64,000 nt of DNA from a virus: the UHGV virus genome UHGV-0021788. One strand, given 5' to 3'. Below the pieces are notes generated by a model. That model was not told the DNA's origin and did no database searches. It worked only from the letters and a program-made list of their open reading frames with translations. A program made the position numbers and the translations under genes. Shown here piece by piece: positions 1 to 10,028 of this stretch (positions are counted from its first letter, which is position 1; each line of letters starts with the position of its first letter).

Positions 1-1919
1 TTTATTATCTCATTATTAAATGTTATATCACTATTGTTCACTTGGAGATAACACATTATATCAGTATAATTAGAATTATGAGTGTATGTTTTTTGACCTC
101 CACCACAATATTTTCTAATTCCATTATCAATATATGATATATAAAATGTTACATTATTATTACTAGTACTAGTTACATAAGTTTTACCATTAATAAAATT
201 AGGATAACACATACTTGCACCTAAAGAACTTACACCAGTAGAAGTACCATCAATTTGTATTTGATTATTTTTCATTGTCCAAGTCAATCCACCAGAAATA
301 TTAGTGTAATTACCATCTTTAATATGGCATTTATTCTTACCAGTAACTTTATAATCTACTTTATATTTACCACCTTTAGTTGAATCATAATCTGTAAAGT
401 CGTAATTAGTATAATCTCCTTCTATTATATAAACCCTTTTACCTATTTTAAAATGGTTATTCATATTATTTCTATTAAACATAAAAAGTCTATTTGGAAC
501 TGTATCTGCGTAACTTGTCAATTTAAATACTTTTAACCCATTGTTTTGTGTATTTAATTCATTTGATACTTTTACTAATGTTGAATCTGTTTTTTGCATT
601 AATCTAAAATGTAATATTCCTTCTGAATAATCATACATGTTAAATACTATTGTATAATCAGTTGAAGGTTTTAAATTAGGTAAATCAATATAACATCCAG
701 GTTGACCATCTGTAGATTGTGTATTATATTCTATATAATTATCACTTACTACTAATTTATTACTAGTAGTATATAAATTACTTAATGTTAAATTTTCAGG
801 TACTAACTTATCCTCAAATGAAGATTTCATACCTGTAAAGTAATCAGGTATAGGTTTATTAGTATAATCTCCTTCTAAAATAATAGGATTTTCTATTTCT
901 ATGTCCAAAGGGTTTGATTGAGATATACCAAAATATAATATTTGAGAAGCAAGAGTTAAAGTGGCTTTAGTAGTAAAAGTATACATTAATTTATTATCAG
1001 TAGTAATAATATTGTTTGCTATAAAATTATTAGTACCATTTCCATTTACCAAATTTAAATATGCAACACCTTTTAATTTATTAAAACATACTGTATAAGT
1101 AGTAGACGGTTTAAACATACTAGATTTCAACCCAGGGAATTTTACATATAACCATGTTTCCTTTATAGTACTATTTGTAGTTACTTTGATATATCCATTT
1201 TTATTAGTAATATTATAAATATTAGTAGATTCAACTGGTCTTTCAAGTGTAGGTGTTTTTAAGTCTATTAAATTAACAATAGTATTACCATATATATTAG
1301 GTCTACATTTACCATCATATTCACCTTGTAAAGCTATATGATTACCTGTTTCTACTGTGTAACTTTTAGTAATTGCAACAGGGTCTTCTTGGTCACATAC
1401 GTTTACCATAGTATTACCTTCTAGTGATATATCTACCTTACCACCATCTATCCCTTCTGTTAAAGTAATATTACTATATCCATTAGTATCTAAATTAGGC
1501 ATTAATATTAATTCTTTATCTGTATCTTTATTACAGTTAACCATTGTATTACCTTGGATATCGTCTATATTTATAGCACCTTCTGTAATTCCATCTAAAC
1601 TTATAACATTTCCATTTTTATCATCTATTACATGAGTAATAGGTGTTTCCTTTTCCATTTTACTAACATTTACATTAGTATCACCTTTTATTTCTTGTAA
1701 TTCAACGATACCATCTGTACTATTATCTAATGTGATTACATTAGATTTTTCTGTTTTCTCAATATTTTCATCATTAACTTGAGATAGGATACCCTTAAGT
1801 ATCCTATCTTGATTTTTATTATCTTTTATTAATTTAGCCATACCTATTCTTTTATTAAATTCATTTAAAGATTTTCCTATGGCTTCTTTTATACTTTTTT
1901 CCATTTTATTATCTGACAT
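1..1919 (-). CDS. Partial (window-truncated) large tail-fibre/receptor-binding-like protein; N-terminal ~250 aa paralogous to the neighbouring 2244-aa protein
   Basis: ATG at 1919 on the minus strand, ORF open to position 1. Translated N-terminus ('...ITLTEGIDGGKVD..LEGNTMVNVCDQEDP.AITKSYTVETGNHIALQGEYDGKCRPNIYGNT') is near-identical to residues ~190-280 of the 1909..8643 product. Confidence 0.7.
   Translation of the reverse strand, partial: MSDNKMEKSIKEAIGKSLNEFNKRIGMAKLIKDNKNQDRILKGILSQVNDENIEKTEKSNVITLDNSTDGIVELQEIKGDTNVNVSKMEKETPITHVIDDKNGNVISLDGITEGAINIDDIQGNTMVNCNKDTDKELILMPNLDTNGYSNITLTEGIDGGKVDISLEGNTMVNVCDQEDPVAITKSYTVETGNHIALQGEYDGKCRPNIYGNTIVNLIDLKTPTLERPVESTNIYNITNKNGYIKVTTNSTIKETWLYVKFPGLKSSMFKPSTTYTVCFNKLKGVAYLNLVNGNGTNNFIANNIITTDNKLMYTFTTKATLTLASQILYFGISQSNPLDIEIENPIILEGDYTNKPIPDYFTGMKSSFEDKLVPENLTLSNLYTTSNKLVVSDNYIEYNTQSTDGQPGCYIDLPNLKPSTDYTIVFNMYDYSEGILHFRLMQKTDSTLVKVSNELNTQNNGLKVFKLTSYADTVPNRLFMFNRNNMNNHFKIGKRVYIIEGDYTNYDFTDYDSTKGGKYKVDYKVTGKNKCHIKDGNYTNISGGLTWTMKNNQIQIDGTSTGVSSLGASMCYPNFINGKTYVTSTSNNNVTFYISYIDNGIRKYCGGGQKTYTHNSNYTDIMCYLQVNNSDITFNNEII
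1288..1492. repeat. ~200-bp near-identical DNA segment shared between the two tandem fibre paralogs (copy 1)
   Basis: Matches 7848..8052 at about 90% nucleotide identity ('ccatatatattaggtctacatttaccatcatattcaccttgtaa...gggtcttcttggtcacatac'). Confidence 0.7.
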
Positions 1920-4900
1920 TATTAATCAATTCCTCCAATTCATTATATTCTTCATTGGAAATTTTATTAGCTAATAAATATCTCTCTAATCTATATTTAT
2001 ATTCATCCGTACTATATCTTTTACTTAATATATCTCTCTTTAACATCTCATAACTTGGATTGAATATTTTATTAGCTTTCCTATTATTAAATAAGACATC
2101 TTCACTATCCAATCCTAATACATTTACTTCTAATCCTTGTGTACTTACATTTTTTAATTGAAGTTCGACAATTCTATAATCCATATCACACATATAAGGT
2201 ATAATATTTTCATTTATATCTGTTGTAGTAGATTCAACATTAGATGATAATTCTTTAGTAGCTGATACGATTGGTGCTTCACCTTTATATCTAACATCTA
2301 CTGTTGGTGGTATATTAGAATTTAATATTAATGAAGAATTTTCGTAATTTTCTAACATTAACTTAGATAAATCACATTCTACTTCTTCATATATTGGTTG
2401 TGCTAATTCATATATTACTGTTGTTGGATTTTGTTGTAACCATTGTCTACCATATTCTATATTAGATGATACATTATTAGGTATATTAGAAGGTCGTGCA
2501 ATAAATATACTTACATAATTATTAGGATTTATATTTATACCATAAAGTGATTTAATATCTTGGAATCCATTGCGGTAACAAGGTAACATATTACTATAAT
2601 AAGAACCTGTCATGTCTGATATTTGATATCCATAAAGTTCTATTCTTTTAGAATTACTATAACCACCATTACCCCAATCCTCATCGTCACTACCATCTAA
2701 AGTAGCACTACCACAATTTCTTTCCACTACTATTTTATCTTCTTTTACATATACTTTATCTTTTATATCTCCTACTCCTCTTAATGGTTCATTTAAATAG
2801 AATGTTATATTATTTTCTTTATTACCATCTGTAACTTTTACATTTACTTTATATTTATTTTTTTCTTCATCATATTCTTGTTCAAATGCACTTTCCATAC
2901 CAGTAAAGTATTTAGGTATATAATTTGTTTTATCTCCTTCTAATAACATTATATCTTTTGTAGTTAATCCTTTTCCACTAAATCTTAATACACTATCTGT
3001 TAAGGTACTAGGAGTAATTATTGTAAATACATTACTAGTAGAATCTACCTTAGTACTACCTATTTTAGCTGATATTGAACCTTGAGTATTAGTAACTACT
3101 GTATATTTAGTATTAGGTTTAAGTATACAATTATATCCTGTGTTTTTTATAACCATATTAGCTGGAATTAATGAATTATTAGATATATGAGTTATATCTG
3201 TATATACTTCGAATGGATTATAATCTATAGGTTCATAAGTTGGCTGTGCTAATTCATATATAAAAGTAGGTTGTTGTTTTAGTAAGGTTTTACATTGTTC
3301 TGTATTATACTGTGATAAAGTTAACCTGTTTTCATCATTTGCTCTTATAGCACTTATTCCTTTATGATAACCACTCCAACCTTGTGCTGTTGTAAGTTCT
3401 TTATCACAAATAATATCACTACCTACAGTATTAAAATAGTCATTTAATATTATATAGCTTACCACATTGTTATCAGTTGATAAATAAGTATACACCTCTT
3501 CATTACCAGTACTTACATACTTACCACAATTTCTCTCTATATACCATTTACCATCTATTATTACATATTTATCCTTTACTCCATTAGGCAATCCTCTTAA
3601 TGGTTCATGTGTCATAGTTTGTTTATTAGATAATGTGTTATCATTATTATTGCTTACTATTTCTAATTCTTCACATTCACCTACAGATTTCATTCCTTCA
3701 AAATAACTATCTATATTTTGTTGTGTTACTTTAACATTATTTATGTTAACTCCTTGTCCGTTAAATGTTAACATATTATTTGAATTACTAGGTGTTGTAA
3801 TTTCTACTTTATTAAATCCTACTTTAGTAGTATATATTAATTCACTACCACCTAAATTAATAATTATTTCTTTAGATATATCTGAATTAAATGTTATATA
3901 ATATTTTTTATCATTATATAAATATGGTAATGTTTCTTCATATATATTAAATGAAATATTTGATACTTGAATATTAGAAGTTGTTGATAATGAGCAATTA
4001 GCTATACTACTAAATTTCAATGGATATTCAGATATTTCTTCATAATATGGTGTTGCTAATTCGTATACTACTGTTATAGGATTTTGTTGTAGATATTGTT
4101 TTAATGTATCGACATTGTTTATTTTGTCAGTAACAATCATGATATATTTATTTACGGGGTGCAATCCTATACATTTATAATTTGTATTTGCATTTATATT
4201 ATTATTATATACAAAATTATTAGATATGTTTTTTGCAAGTTTTTTATATTCCAAGTTGTTAACTCTAAGATTAAATCTTTTTAAGTTTGCTTGTGAAAAG
4301 CTATTGTCGATAGTCCAACCTTCATCATCACTACCATCAAATACAATAGTTTTCATTTTATGATAATGTTGTAATTTATTATCTTTCCATATTATTTTAT
4401 CACCTTTAAGTAATGGTGAATTTAAATATACAGTTTGAGTTGATTCAAAATTTTCTCCTACCACTCTAGTATCTACTTTATACTTACCAAAGTTTTCATC
4501 ATTTACATCTGTAACTTTTTCACATTCATATGAACTCTTTAAACTATCAAAATATCCAATTGGGTCATTTTGTGGAGTTCCTTCAATTATCATTAAATTT
4601 TCTATTTTATTTCCTTTACTTGCAATTCTTATTGTTTTATCTACTAAAGTAGAAGGAGTTGTAAAAGTAAACTTATTAGATGAATTTACAGCAATAGCAT
4701 TATTATCTAATTTATATGTTAAACTAACATTATTTTTATTATTTACATAAGCAGTATACTTAGTATTTTCTTTTAATGATATTGTATTATATCCACTATT
4801 TTTTATTACCATATTACATGGTATAGTAGAGTTATTAGATATATGAGTAGTATCTGTATATACTTCAAATGGATTATAATCTATTTGTTCATAAGTAGGT

Positions 4901-7900
4901 GTTTGTAGTTGATATATTACTGTTATAGGATTATTTTGTAACCAAGAATTAAATTCCGATACCGTAACAAAATCAGTATATATAACTACTTTTTTATTTA
5001 TAGTAGAAATACAATTATAATTAGAATCCCAAGGAGAATTATTCCAGTAAACAAATGGTATCTTATCACAAATACCCTGATGTTTATAATCATTAGTCCC
5101 ATTAATCATACTATTATCTATAGTATAACTACGTTTCCCACTAGGTTCAATTGTTTTAAAATACCAACCTTCACTACCATTAAAAGTAACACTACCACAA
5201 TTTCTCTCTATATACCATTTACCGTCTAATATTACACATTTATCCTTAACTCCATTAGGTAATCCTCTTAATGGTTCATTTAATAAAATTTCTTTTTTAT
5301 TCATAGCATATGGTACATAAGAAGTTTTTTCACCTTCTTCTAAAATTACGGTATTAGGTTTAAATAAGTATGAACCGACATTATCACCATTATTTGATAT
5401 AATCGACACCTCATACAAATCTTTATCAGAAGTTGTAAACGAAGTGCTTATTTCTGTTTGTGTAGATGCTACTATATTATCAGTAGTTACTGCTTTTTTA
5501 CCAACTTGTTCTCTTACCCATACAGCCCACATATGAGAATTAGTATTATTAATCGTTTTGTTTATATAACTTAAAGTATATTTGGTATTTGGTTTTAATT
5601 TTACATTTTGCCAATATGTTTTTTGTCTATTAGCATACCCTTCATTATCTACTTCAAGATTTAATATTGGCAATAAGTTCTTATTTTGTGATAAAATTTC
5701 GATTTTATTACCTTCACATTCACCAACACTTTTCATTCCTTTAAAATATCCAAAAGGTTGCTCTACTTTAGGTGTTACTACTATTTTAGAAGCATTAAAT
5801 CCTATGCCATTAAAATCTAAAGTTCTCCATCCTTTATCTAAAGTAGTACAAGTAATTTTATTTAATCCTTTAACTACATCTATATTAGATAATGAAGCTC
5901 CATTCATATATAATAAATTCAATTTACCCACGTTGTCACTTTCAAATTGAATTGTATAATCTGTATTTGCATACACATATTTTAAAAGTATACTTAATGC
6001 TCTAAACACTACTTTATCTATAGGCACTACAGTATCTACATCTAAATGTCCATTAGTATAACTATCTAATAATAAATTATCATTAGATAATATTATTTCT
6101 TGTGTAGGTGTTGCTAACTCATATACTACTGTTATAGGATTTTGTTGTAGCCAAGATTTAAATTCATCTAATGTGGATATATCACAACCAATTTGTATTT
6201 TACCCGTACCAGTATTTTCAATAATACTTGTTTTTAATTTAGTCGTAGAAATAGTTGGTAGTTTATCACATATACTTGTTAATACATTTGCTTTAGCATT
6301 AGTAAAATTATTGTATATATATTTATAATAAGTTTTTTCAATATCACCATTTCCACTCCAACGTTCACCATCACTACCATCTAATACAACCTCTTTATAT
6401 CTATGATTATGTATTATATTATTACCACTTTGTTCTATTGTATCTCCTTCTAATAATGGAGAATTTAAGTATAATGTTTTAATAGATTCTTTATAAGGTT
6501 CATAATCTGTTGCAGTAGTACCTTCTTCTATTTGGATATAACCTATATTATCCAATAAGTAATTAACATATTCCATACCATTAGATATTTGTACATATAA
6601 ATATCCATCAACTGATTGTATAGTTTGTGTCTTGTTAAAACCTATAGTAGCATGATTCATCCATGCTCTACTACTAGATTTACCATAATCTTTGTTTTGA
6701 GTAATACATAAATAAGGTGTCATTTCACCATTAGTTATTAATGAATCTGCTCCTACTGATATATTATAAGTTTTACCCTTTTCTACTTTAAGTGGATAAT
6801 ACCAAAATCCATAATTTGTATACTCAGTACCAAAATTTGATTGATTACGAAGTAATTCTATATTTAATTTATTCTTACCAGTAACTTTATAATCTACTTT
6901 ATATTTACCAACTTTAGTTGAGTCATAATTTGTAAAGTCGTAATTAGTATAATCTCCTTCTACTACCATAATTCTATATTTAACACTACCAGTTGTATTA
7001 GTATTATCTAAATAATTAACTAAGCATCTAACACATCCATTTAAATCATTACTAGTAGTAATTGCATATGTAAAAATTCCAGTTTTACCCGAATCTATTT
7101 GAAAACGTGACATAATAGGTAATTGTGCATTAGTAGAACCATTCGTAATAAATAACATTGAATTCAAAGTATTTTCTACAATATCAGTTACTATAGTATA
7201 AGTTGTAGAAGGTTTTATAGTTGCTAAAGGTTTTAACATTGCATTTTGATAAGTACCATCAGCAGTCATTTTTATATATTCACCGTCTAATGTTACTTTA
7301 GGATTTAATGAATAAAAGTCATCTCTACTACTGAATTTATATAAATTCTCAGGTATTAACTTATTCTCAAATGAAGATTTCATACCTGTAAAGTAATCAG
7401 GTATAGGTTTATTAGTATAATCTCCTTCTAAAAGCATAGGTTTTGTAATAGTAATTGAACCTTTACTAATACCTTTATCTAATACAATTTCAATTTTATC
7501 ATCCCCCCATCCAGAAGCAACATCTTTATTTGTAACAAATGTAGTACAAACCAACCCAATAGATTTTGCAGGTATTCTCTTTGTTATACCAGTAGTATAA
7601 CCATTTGGAAAATTTATGTTAAATTCATTTACAAGATTCTCATCACGTACAAGTGTATTTTGTGTTATGTAACTAATCAAAGTATATGTTGTAGCATTTT
7701 TAAAACCTTGAGACAAATGAAAAGTACAATATCTGTAAGTTCCTGCACCACCCTGACTTTCATAATCATAAGTATAAGTATTATCTCCGTTATCTAAAAA
7801 ATGAGTAGCATTATTGATAATATCAGTAATCATATTAACCAAAGTGTTACCATATATATTAGGTCTACATTTACCATCATATTCACCTTGTAATGCTATA

Positions 7901-8643
7901 TGATTACCTGTTTCTACTGTATAACTTTTAGTTATTGCAATAGGGTCTTCTTGGTCACATACATTTACCATAGTATTACCTTCTAGTGCCACGTCTACCT
8001 TACCACCATCTATTCCCTCAGTTAAAGTTATATTACTATATCCATTAGTATCTATATCTCCATTAAGTGTTAATTCTTCACTACCATTTGATACATGATT
8101 AACCAATGTATCTCCTGTTATCTCTTTAACATCTACTTTTCCTGGAGAATCATTAACTGTAGTAACTTCATTAACAGTAGTTTGAAGTTTTCCATTATTA
8201 CTATTAATATCATCAAATTTATGAGTAATCATAATTGGGTCTTTAGTTTTACTAAGATTCACTTCAGTATTACCTTCTAATACTACATCTACTTTACCAT
8301 TATCAACCGTATCTTCAAGTGTAACATTAATTCCTTGAGCATCTATATCTCCATTTAATACTAATTCTTTATTACTATCCTTAACATTATTTACTAAAGT
8401 ATTACCTTTTATATCATCTACTATAACAATACCTTCTTTACTATAATCTAAGGATATGTTGGTATTTTCTTCTTCTTTTTTTATATAATCATCATCAAAT
8501 GCATTTATTAATGCACTTATCTTATGATTTTGTTCTCTATTTCTTTTTTCTACTTTACCTAATTCTTCTTTTAAACTTCTATCATATTGATTAAGGGATT
8601 CGCCTAATAACCATTTTTGTTCTTCTTTATTTCCTTTACTCAT
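1909..8643 (-). CDS. Giant modular tail-fibre / receptor-binding-like structural protein (2244 aa) with a shared N-terminal anchor region and five tandem ~400-450-aa modules
   Basis: Single uninterrupted ORF. Each module ends in a conserved 'WLQQNPITVVYELATPTYE'-like motif. Each also contains the motifs 'YF.GMKS..E.E' and 'LNEPLRGLPNGVKDK..I.DGKWYIERNCG'. The N-terminus has the repeated 'GNT.VN' beta-like repeats typical of fibre shafts. Confidence 0.75.
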   Translation of the reverse strand: MSKGNKEEQKWLLGESLNQYDRSLKEELGKVEKRNREQNHKISALINAFDDDYIKKEEENTNISLDYSKEGIVIVDDIKGNTLVNNVKDSNKELVLNGDIDAQGINVTLEDTVDNGKVDVVLEGNTEVNLSKTKDPIMITHKFDDINSNNGKLQTTVNEVTTVNDSPGKVDVKEITGDTLVNHVSNGSEELTLNGDIDTNGYSNITLTEGIDGGKVDVALEGNTMVNVCDQEDPIAITKSYTVETGNHIALQGEYDGKCRPNIYGNTLVNMITDIINNATHFLDNGDNTYTYDYESQGGAGTYRYCTFHLSQGFKNATTYTLISYITQNTLVRDENLVNEFNINFPNGYTTGITKRIPAKSIGLVCTTFVTNKDVASGWGDDKIEIVLDKGISKGSITITKPMLLEGDYTNKPIPDYFTGMKSSFENKLIPENLYKFSSRDDFYSLNPKVTLDGEYIKMTADGTYQNAMLKPLATIKPSTTYTIVTDIVENTLNSMLFITNGSTNAQLPIMSRFQIDSGKTGIFTYAITTSNDLNGCVRCLVNYLDNTNTTGSVKYRIMVVEGDYTNYDFTNYDSTKVGKYKVDYKVTGKNKLNIELLRNQSNFGTEYTNYGFWYYPLKVEKGKTYNISVGADSLITNGEMTPYLCITQNKDYGKSSSRAWMNHATIGFNKTQTIQSVDGYLYVQISNGMEYVNYLLDNIGYIQIEEGTTATDYEPYKESIKTLYLNSPLLEGDTIEQSGNNIIHNHRYKEVVLDGSDGERWSGNGDIEKTYYKYIYNNFTNAKANVLTSICDKLPTISTTKLKTSIIENTGTGKIQIGCDISTLDEFKSWLQQNPITVVYELATPTQEIILSNDNLLLDSYTNGHLDVDTVVPIDKVVFRALSILLKYVYANTDYTIQFESDNVGKLNLLYMNGASLSNIDVVKGLNKITCTTLDKGWRTLDFNGIGFNASKIVVTPKVEQPFGYFKGMKSVGECEGNKIEILSQNKNLLPILNLEVDNEGYANRQKTYWQNVKLKPNTKYTLSYINKTINNTNSHMWAVWVREQVGKKAVTTDNIVASTQTEISTSFTTSDKDLYEVSIISNNGDNVGSYLFKPNTVILEEGEKTSYVPYAMNKKEILLNEPLRGLPNGVKDKCVILDGKWYIERNCGSVTFNGSEGWYFKTIEPSGKRSYTIDNSMINGTNDYKHQGICDKIPFVYWNNSPWDSNYNCISTINKKVVIYTDFVTVSEFNSWLQNNPITVIYQLQTPTYEQIDYNPFEVYTDTTHISNNSTIPCNMVIKNSGYNTISLKENTKYTAYVNNKNNVSLTYKLDNNAIAVNSSNKFTFTTPSTLVDKTIRIASKGNKIENLMIIEGTPQNDPIGYFDSLKSSYECEKVTDVNDENFGKYKVDTRVVGENFESTQTVYLNSPLLKGDKIIWKDNKLQHYHKMKTIVFDGSDDEGWTIDNSFSQANLKRFNLRVNNLEYKKLAKNISNNFVYNNNINANTNYKCIGLHPVNKYIMIVTDKINNVDTLKQYLQQNPITVVYELATPYYEEISEYPLKFSSIANCSLSTTSNIQVSNISFNIYEETLPYLYNDKKYYITFNSDISKEIIINLGGSELIYTTKVGFNKVEITTPSNSNNMLTFNGQGVNINNVKVTQQNIDSYFEGMKSVGECEELEIVSNNNDNTLSNKQTMTHEPLRGLPNGVKDKYVIIDGKWYIERNCGKYVSTGNEEVYTYLSTDNNVVSYIILNDYFNTVGSDIICDKELTTAQGWSGYHKGISAIRANDENRLTLSQYNTEQCKTLLKQQPTFIYELAQPTYEPIDYNPFEVYTDITHISNNSLIPANMVIKNTGYNCILKPNTKYTVVTNTQGSISAKIGSTKVDSTSNVFTIITPSTLTDSVLRFSGKGLTTKDIMLLEGDKTNYIPKYFTGMESAFEQEYDEEKNKYKVNVKVTDGNKENNITFYLNEPLRGVGDIKDKVYVKEDKIVVERNCGSATLDGSDDEDWGNGGYSNSKRIELYGYQISDMTGSYYSNMLPCYRNGFQDIKSLYGININPNNYVSIFIARPSNIPNNVSSNIEYGRQWLQQNPTTVIYELAQPIYEEVECDLSKLMLENYENSSLILNSNIPPTVDVRYKGEAPIVSATKELSSNVESTTTDINENIIPYMCDMDYRIVELQLKNVSTQGLEVNVLGLDSEDVLFNNRKANKIFNPSYEMLKRDILSKRYSTDEYKYRLERYLLANKISNEEYNELEELINNVR
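7848..8052. repeat. ~200-bp near-identical DNA segment shared between the two tandem fibre paralogs (copy 2)
   Basis: See copy 1 at 1288..1492. Confidence 0.7.
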
Positions 8644-8645
8644 AA

Positions 8646-9659
8646 TTATTCATCTTCACCTTCTTCATCAATAGACATTAAATTCATTTCCATATCCATA
8701 AGATAAGGAATGATATTTGAATTAACATCATTTTTATTATTTTTTGCATTAACATTATTTTCTTTTATAGTATCTCTATAAGTTGCATCAATTCTATATT
8801 TTAAAGAACAACTTGGAGTGTTATTATTAACAACATCAGTTATTGTAATTATTGTATTATCATAAATATCCAAACTATAAGGATTATCTGCTAATTTAAT
8901 AGTAATTGGTTCAACTCTTGAGCAAACAATATTAATAGGTTTCTTAGCTAAATATTCCTTTAATGCTATATTGTATTCTTTAGATATACTTAATCTTTTT
9001 TTAGATATAGTAAAATATAGCTCATTATCATCACCTAATAAAAATCCTTCTTGTTTTATTAAATCTTCTATATTTAAAATAACAGGAAAATCATCAGCTA
9101 AAGCAATTATAGGTGAAACATTAACATCTTTTAATACTGTAGAAAGTACTACTCCTTCTTCACCATTATCTAATAAAGTTTCATTAATTATTTCCCAATC
9201 CTCTTTACCATTTAATAAAAAATCAACAGTTCTTTTTATTAAATTTGCATCAATAATTTCATCATATATAGGACTTCCATTATAATTCATACTATAAAGT
9301 GGTTTATCTAATATTATATTTAAAGTAGATGTTTCTTCACCATTAGATGATGAAATATTGATTTTATTACCTGTTGGTAACATTTTTAAATCATCAGTAA
9401 GTTTAGTCTTTTGTGGTATTATTCTAGTCACTATTGCTAAACCTTTTTTAGAATATAACAACTCAAAGTTACTATCTGTGGATAATGGAGTTACTATATA
9501 TTGATTACTTACATCACTTAATAAAAATTTAATTAATTTATTTTGATATTCATCTGTAAAAGTATTCTTTTTTACTTTATCTTTTATATCTATATTTTTA
9601 TAATAATCATTTAAAGTTCTTCCTATTAACCATTTAAGTTTTTCTTTATAAGTTGACAT
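8646..9659 (-). CDS. Hypothetical virion/fibre-associated protein (337 aa)
   Basis: ORF abuts the start of the giant fibre gene (stop 8646, next start 8643) on the same strand. No recognisable catalytic motif. Confidence 0.5.
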   Translation of the reverse strand: MSTYKEKLKWLIGRTLNDYYKNIDIKDKVKKNTFTDEYQNKLIKFLLSDVSNQYIVTPLSTDSNFELLYSKKGLAIVTRIIPQKTKLTDDLKMLPTGNKINISSSNGEETSTLNIILDKPLYSMNYNGSPIYDEIIDANLIKRTVDFLLNGKEDWEIINETLLDNGEEGVVLSTVLKDVNVSPIIALADDFPVILNIEDLIKQEGFLLGDDNELYFTISKKRLSISKEYNIALKEYLAKKPINIVCSRVEPITIKLADNPYSLDIYDNTIITITDVVNNNTPSCSLKYRIDATYRDTIKENNVNAKNNKNDVNSNIIPYLMDMEMNLMSIDEEGEDE

Positions 9660-9687
9660 TTAATCACTTCCTTTACTTAAGGAGCGA

Positions 9688-9837
9688 TTATTCAACCACT
9701 CCTTCTTCTTCTAAAATTAATCCTTCAACCATGTTTAAAACATCTTTTACATCTTCTTCTGTAAAATCTATATTTTGTAAACTCTCTATAATTTTTATTG
9801 TTTCTTTAGATAGAAAACCATCTCTAATAAAACCCAT
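9688..9837 (-). CDS. Small acidic protein (49 aa), possible fibre chaperone/assembly factor
   Basis: Minus-strand ATG at 9837 preceded by 'GGAGGTG' RBS 9 nt upstream; ends TAA at 9688-9690. First gene of the minus-strand fibre operon. Confidence 0.4.
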   Translation of the reverse strand: MGFIRDGFLSKETIKIIESLQNIDFTEEDVKDVLNMVEGLILEEEGVVE

Positions 9838-10028
9838 TGTTAAATCACCTCCATTCTAATTTGTTCTATAAATAAAATAATACAATTTTTTTATTGAAAA
9901 TGGAGGAACTACATTTTTATAATAAGACCGTCTTATTATATTTACTTATGATTTATCGTACATTTTATTTGACTTTTAATAATTACGTTAGTATAATTTA
10001 TGTAAAATATAATTTGGTGGGTGATGAA

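Noticed and set aside
5582-8280. Several 60-120-aa ORFs on the strand opposite the giant fibre gene (5582..5950, 8095..8280) and similar antisense ORFs inside TMP and other long genes
   Set aside because: Embedded antisense to long, clearly coding genes, with no RBS and low-complexity translations. These are artefacts of AT-rich sequence.
9653-9859. Plus-strand 68-aa ORF in the ORF track
   Set aside because: No RBS. It overlaps a minus-strand small ORF that has a strong GGAGGTG RBS and sits in the minus-strand fibre operon. Likely spurious.
9894-10028. N-terminal 45-aa extension of the RecD-like helicase ORF ('MKMEELHFYNK...')
   Set aside because: Hydrophobic low-complexity translation of AT-rich promoter-like DNA with no RBS. 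The ATG at 10029 with an upstream G-rich RBS is the more plausible start.
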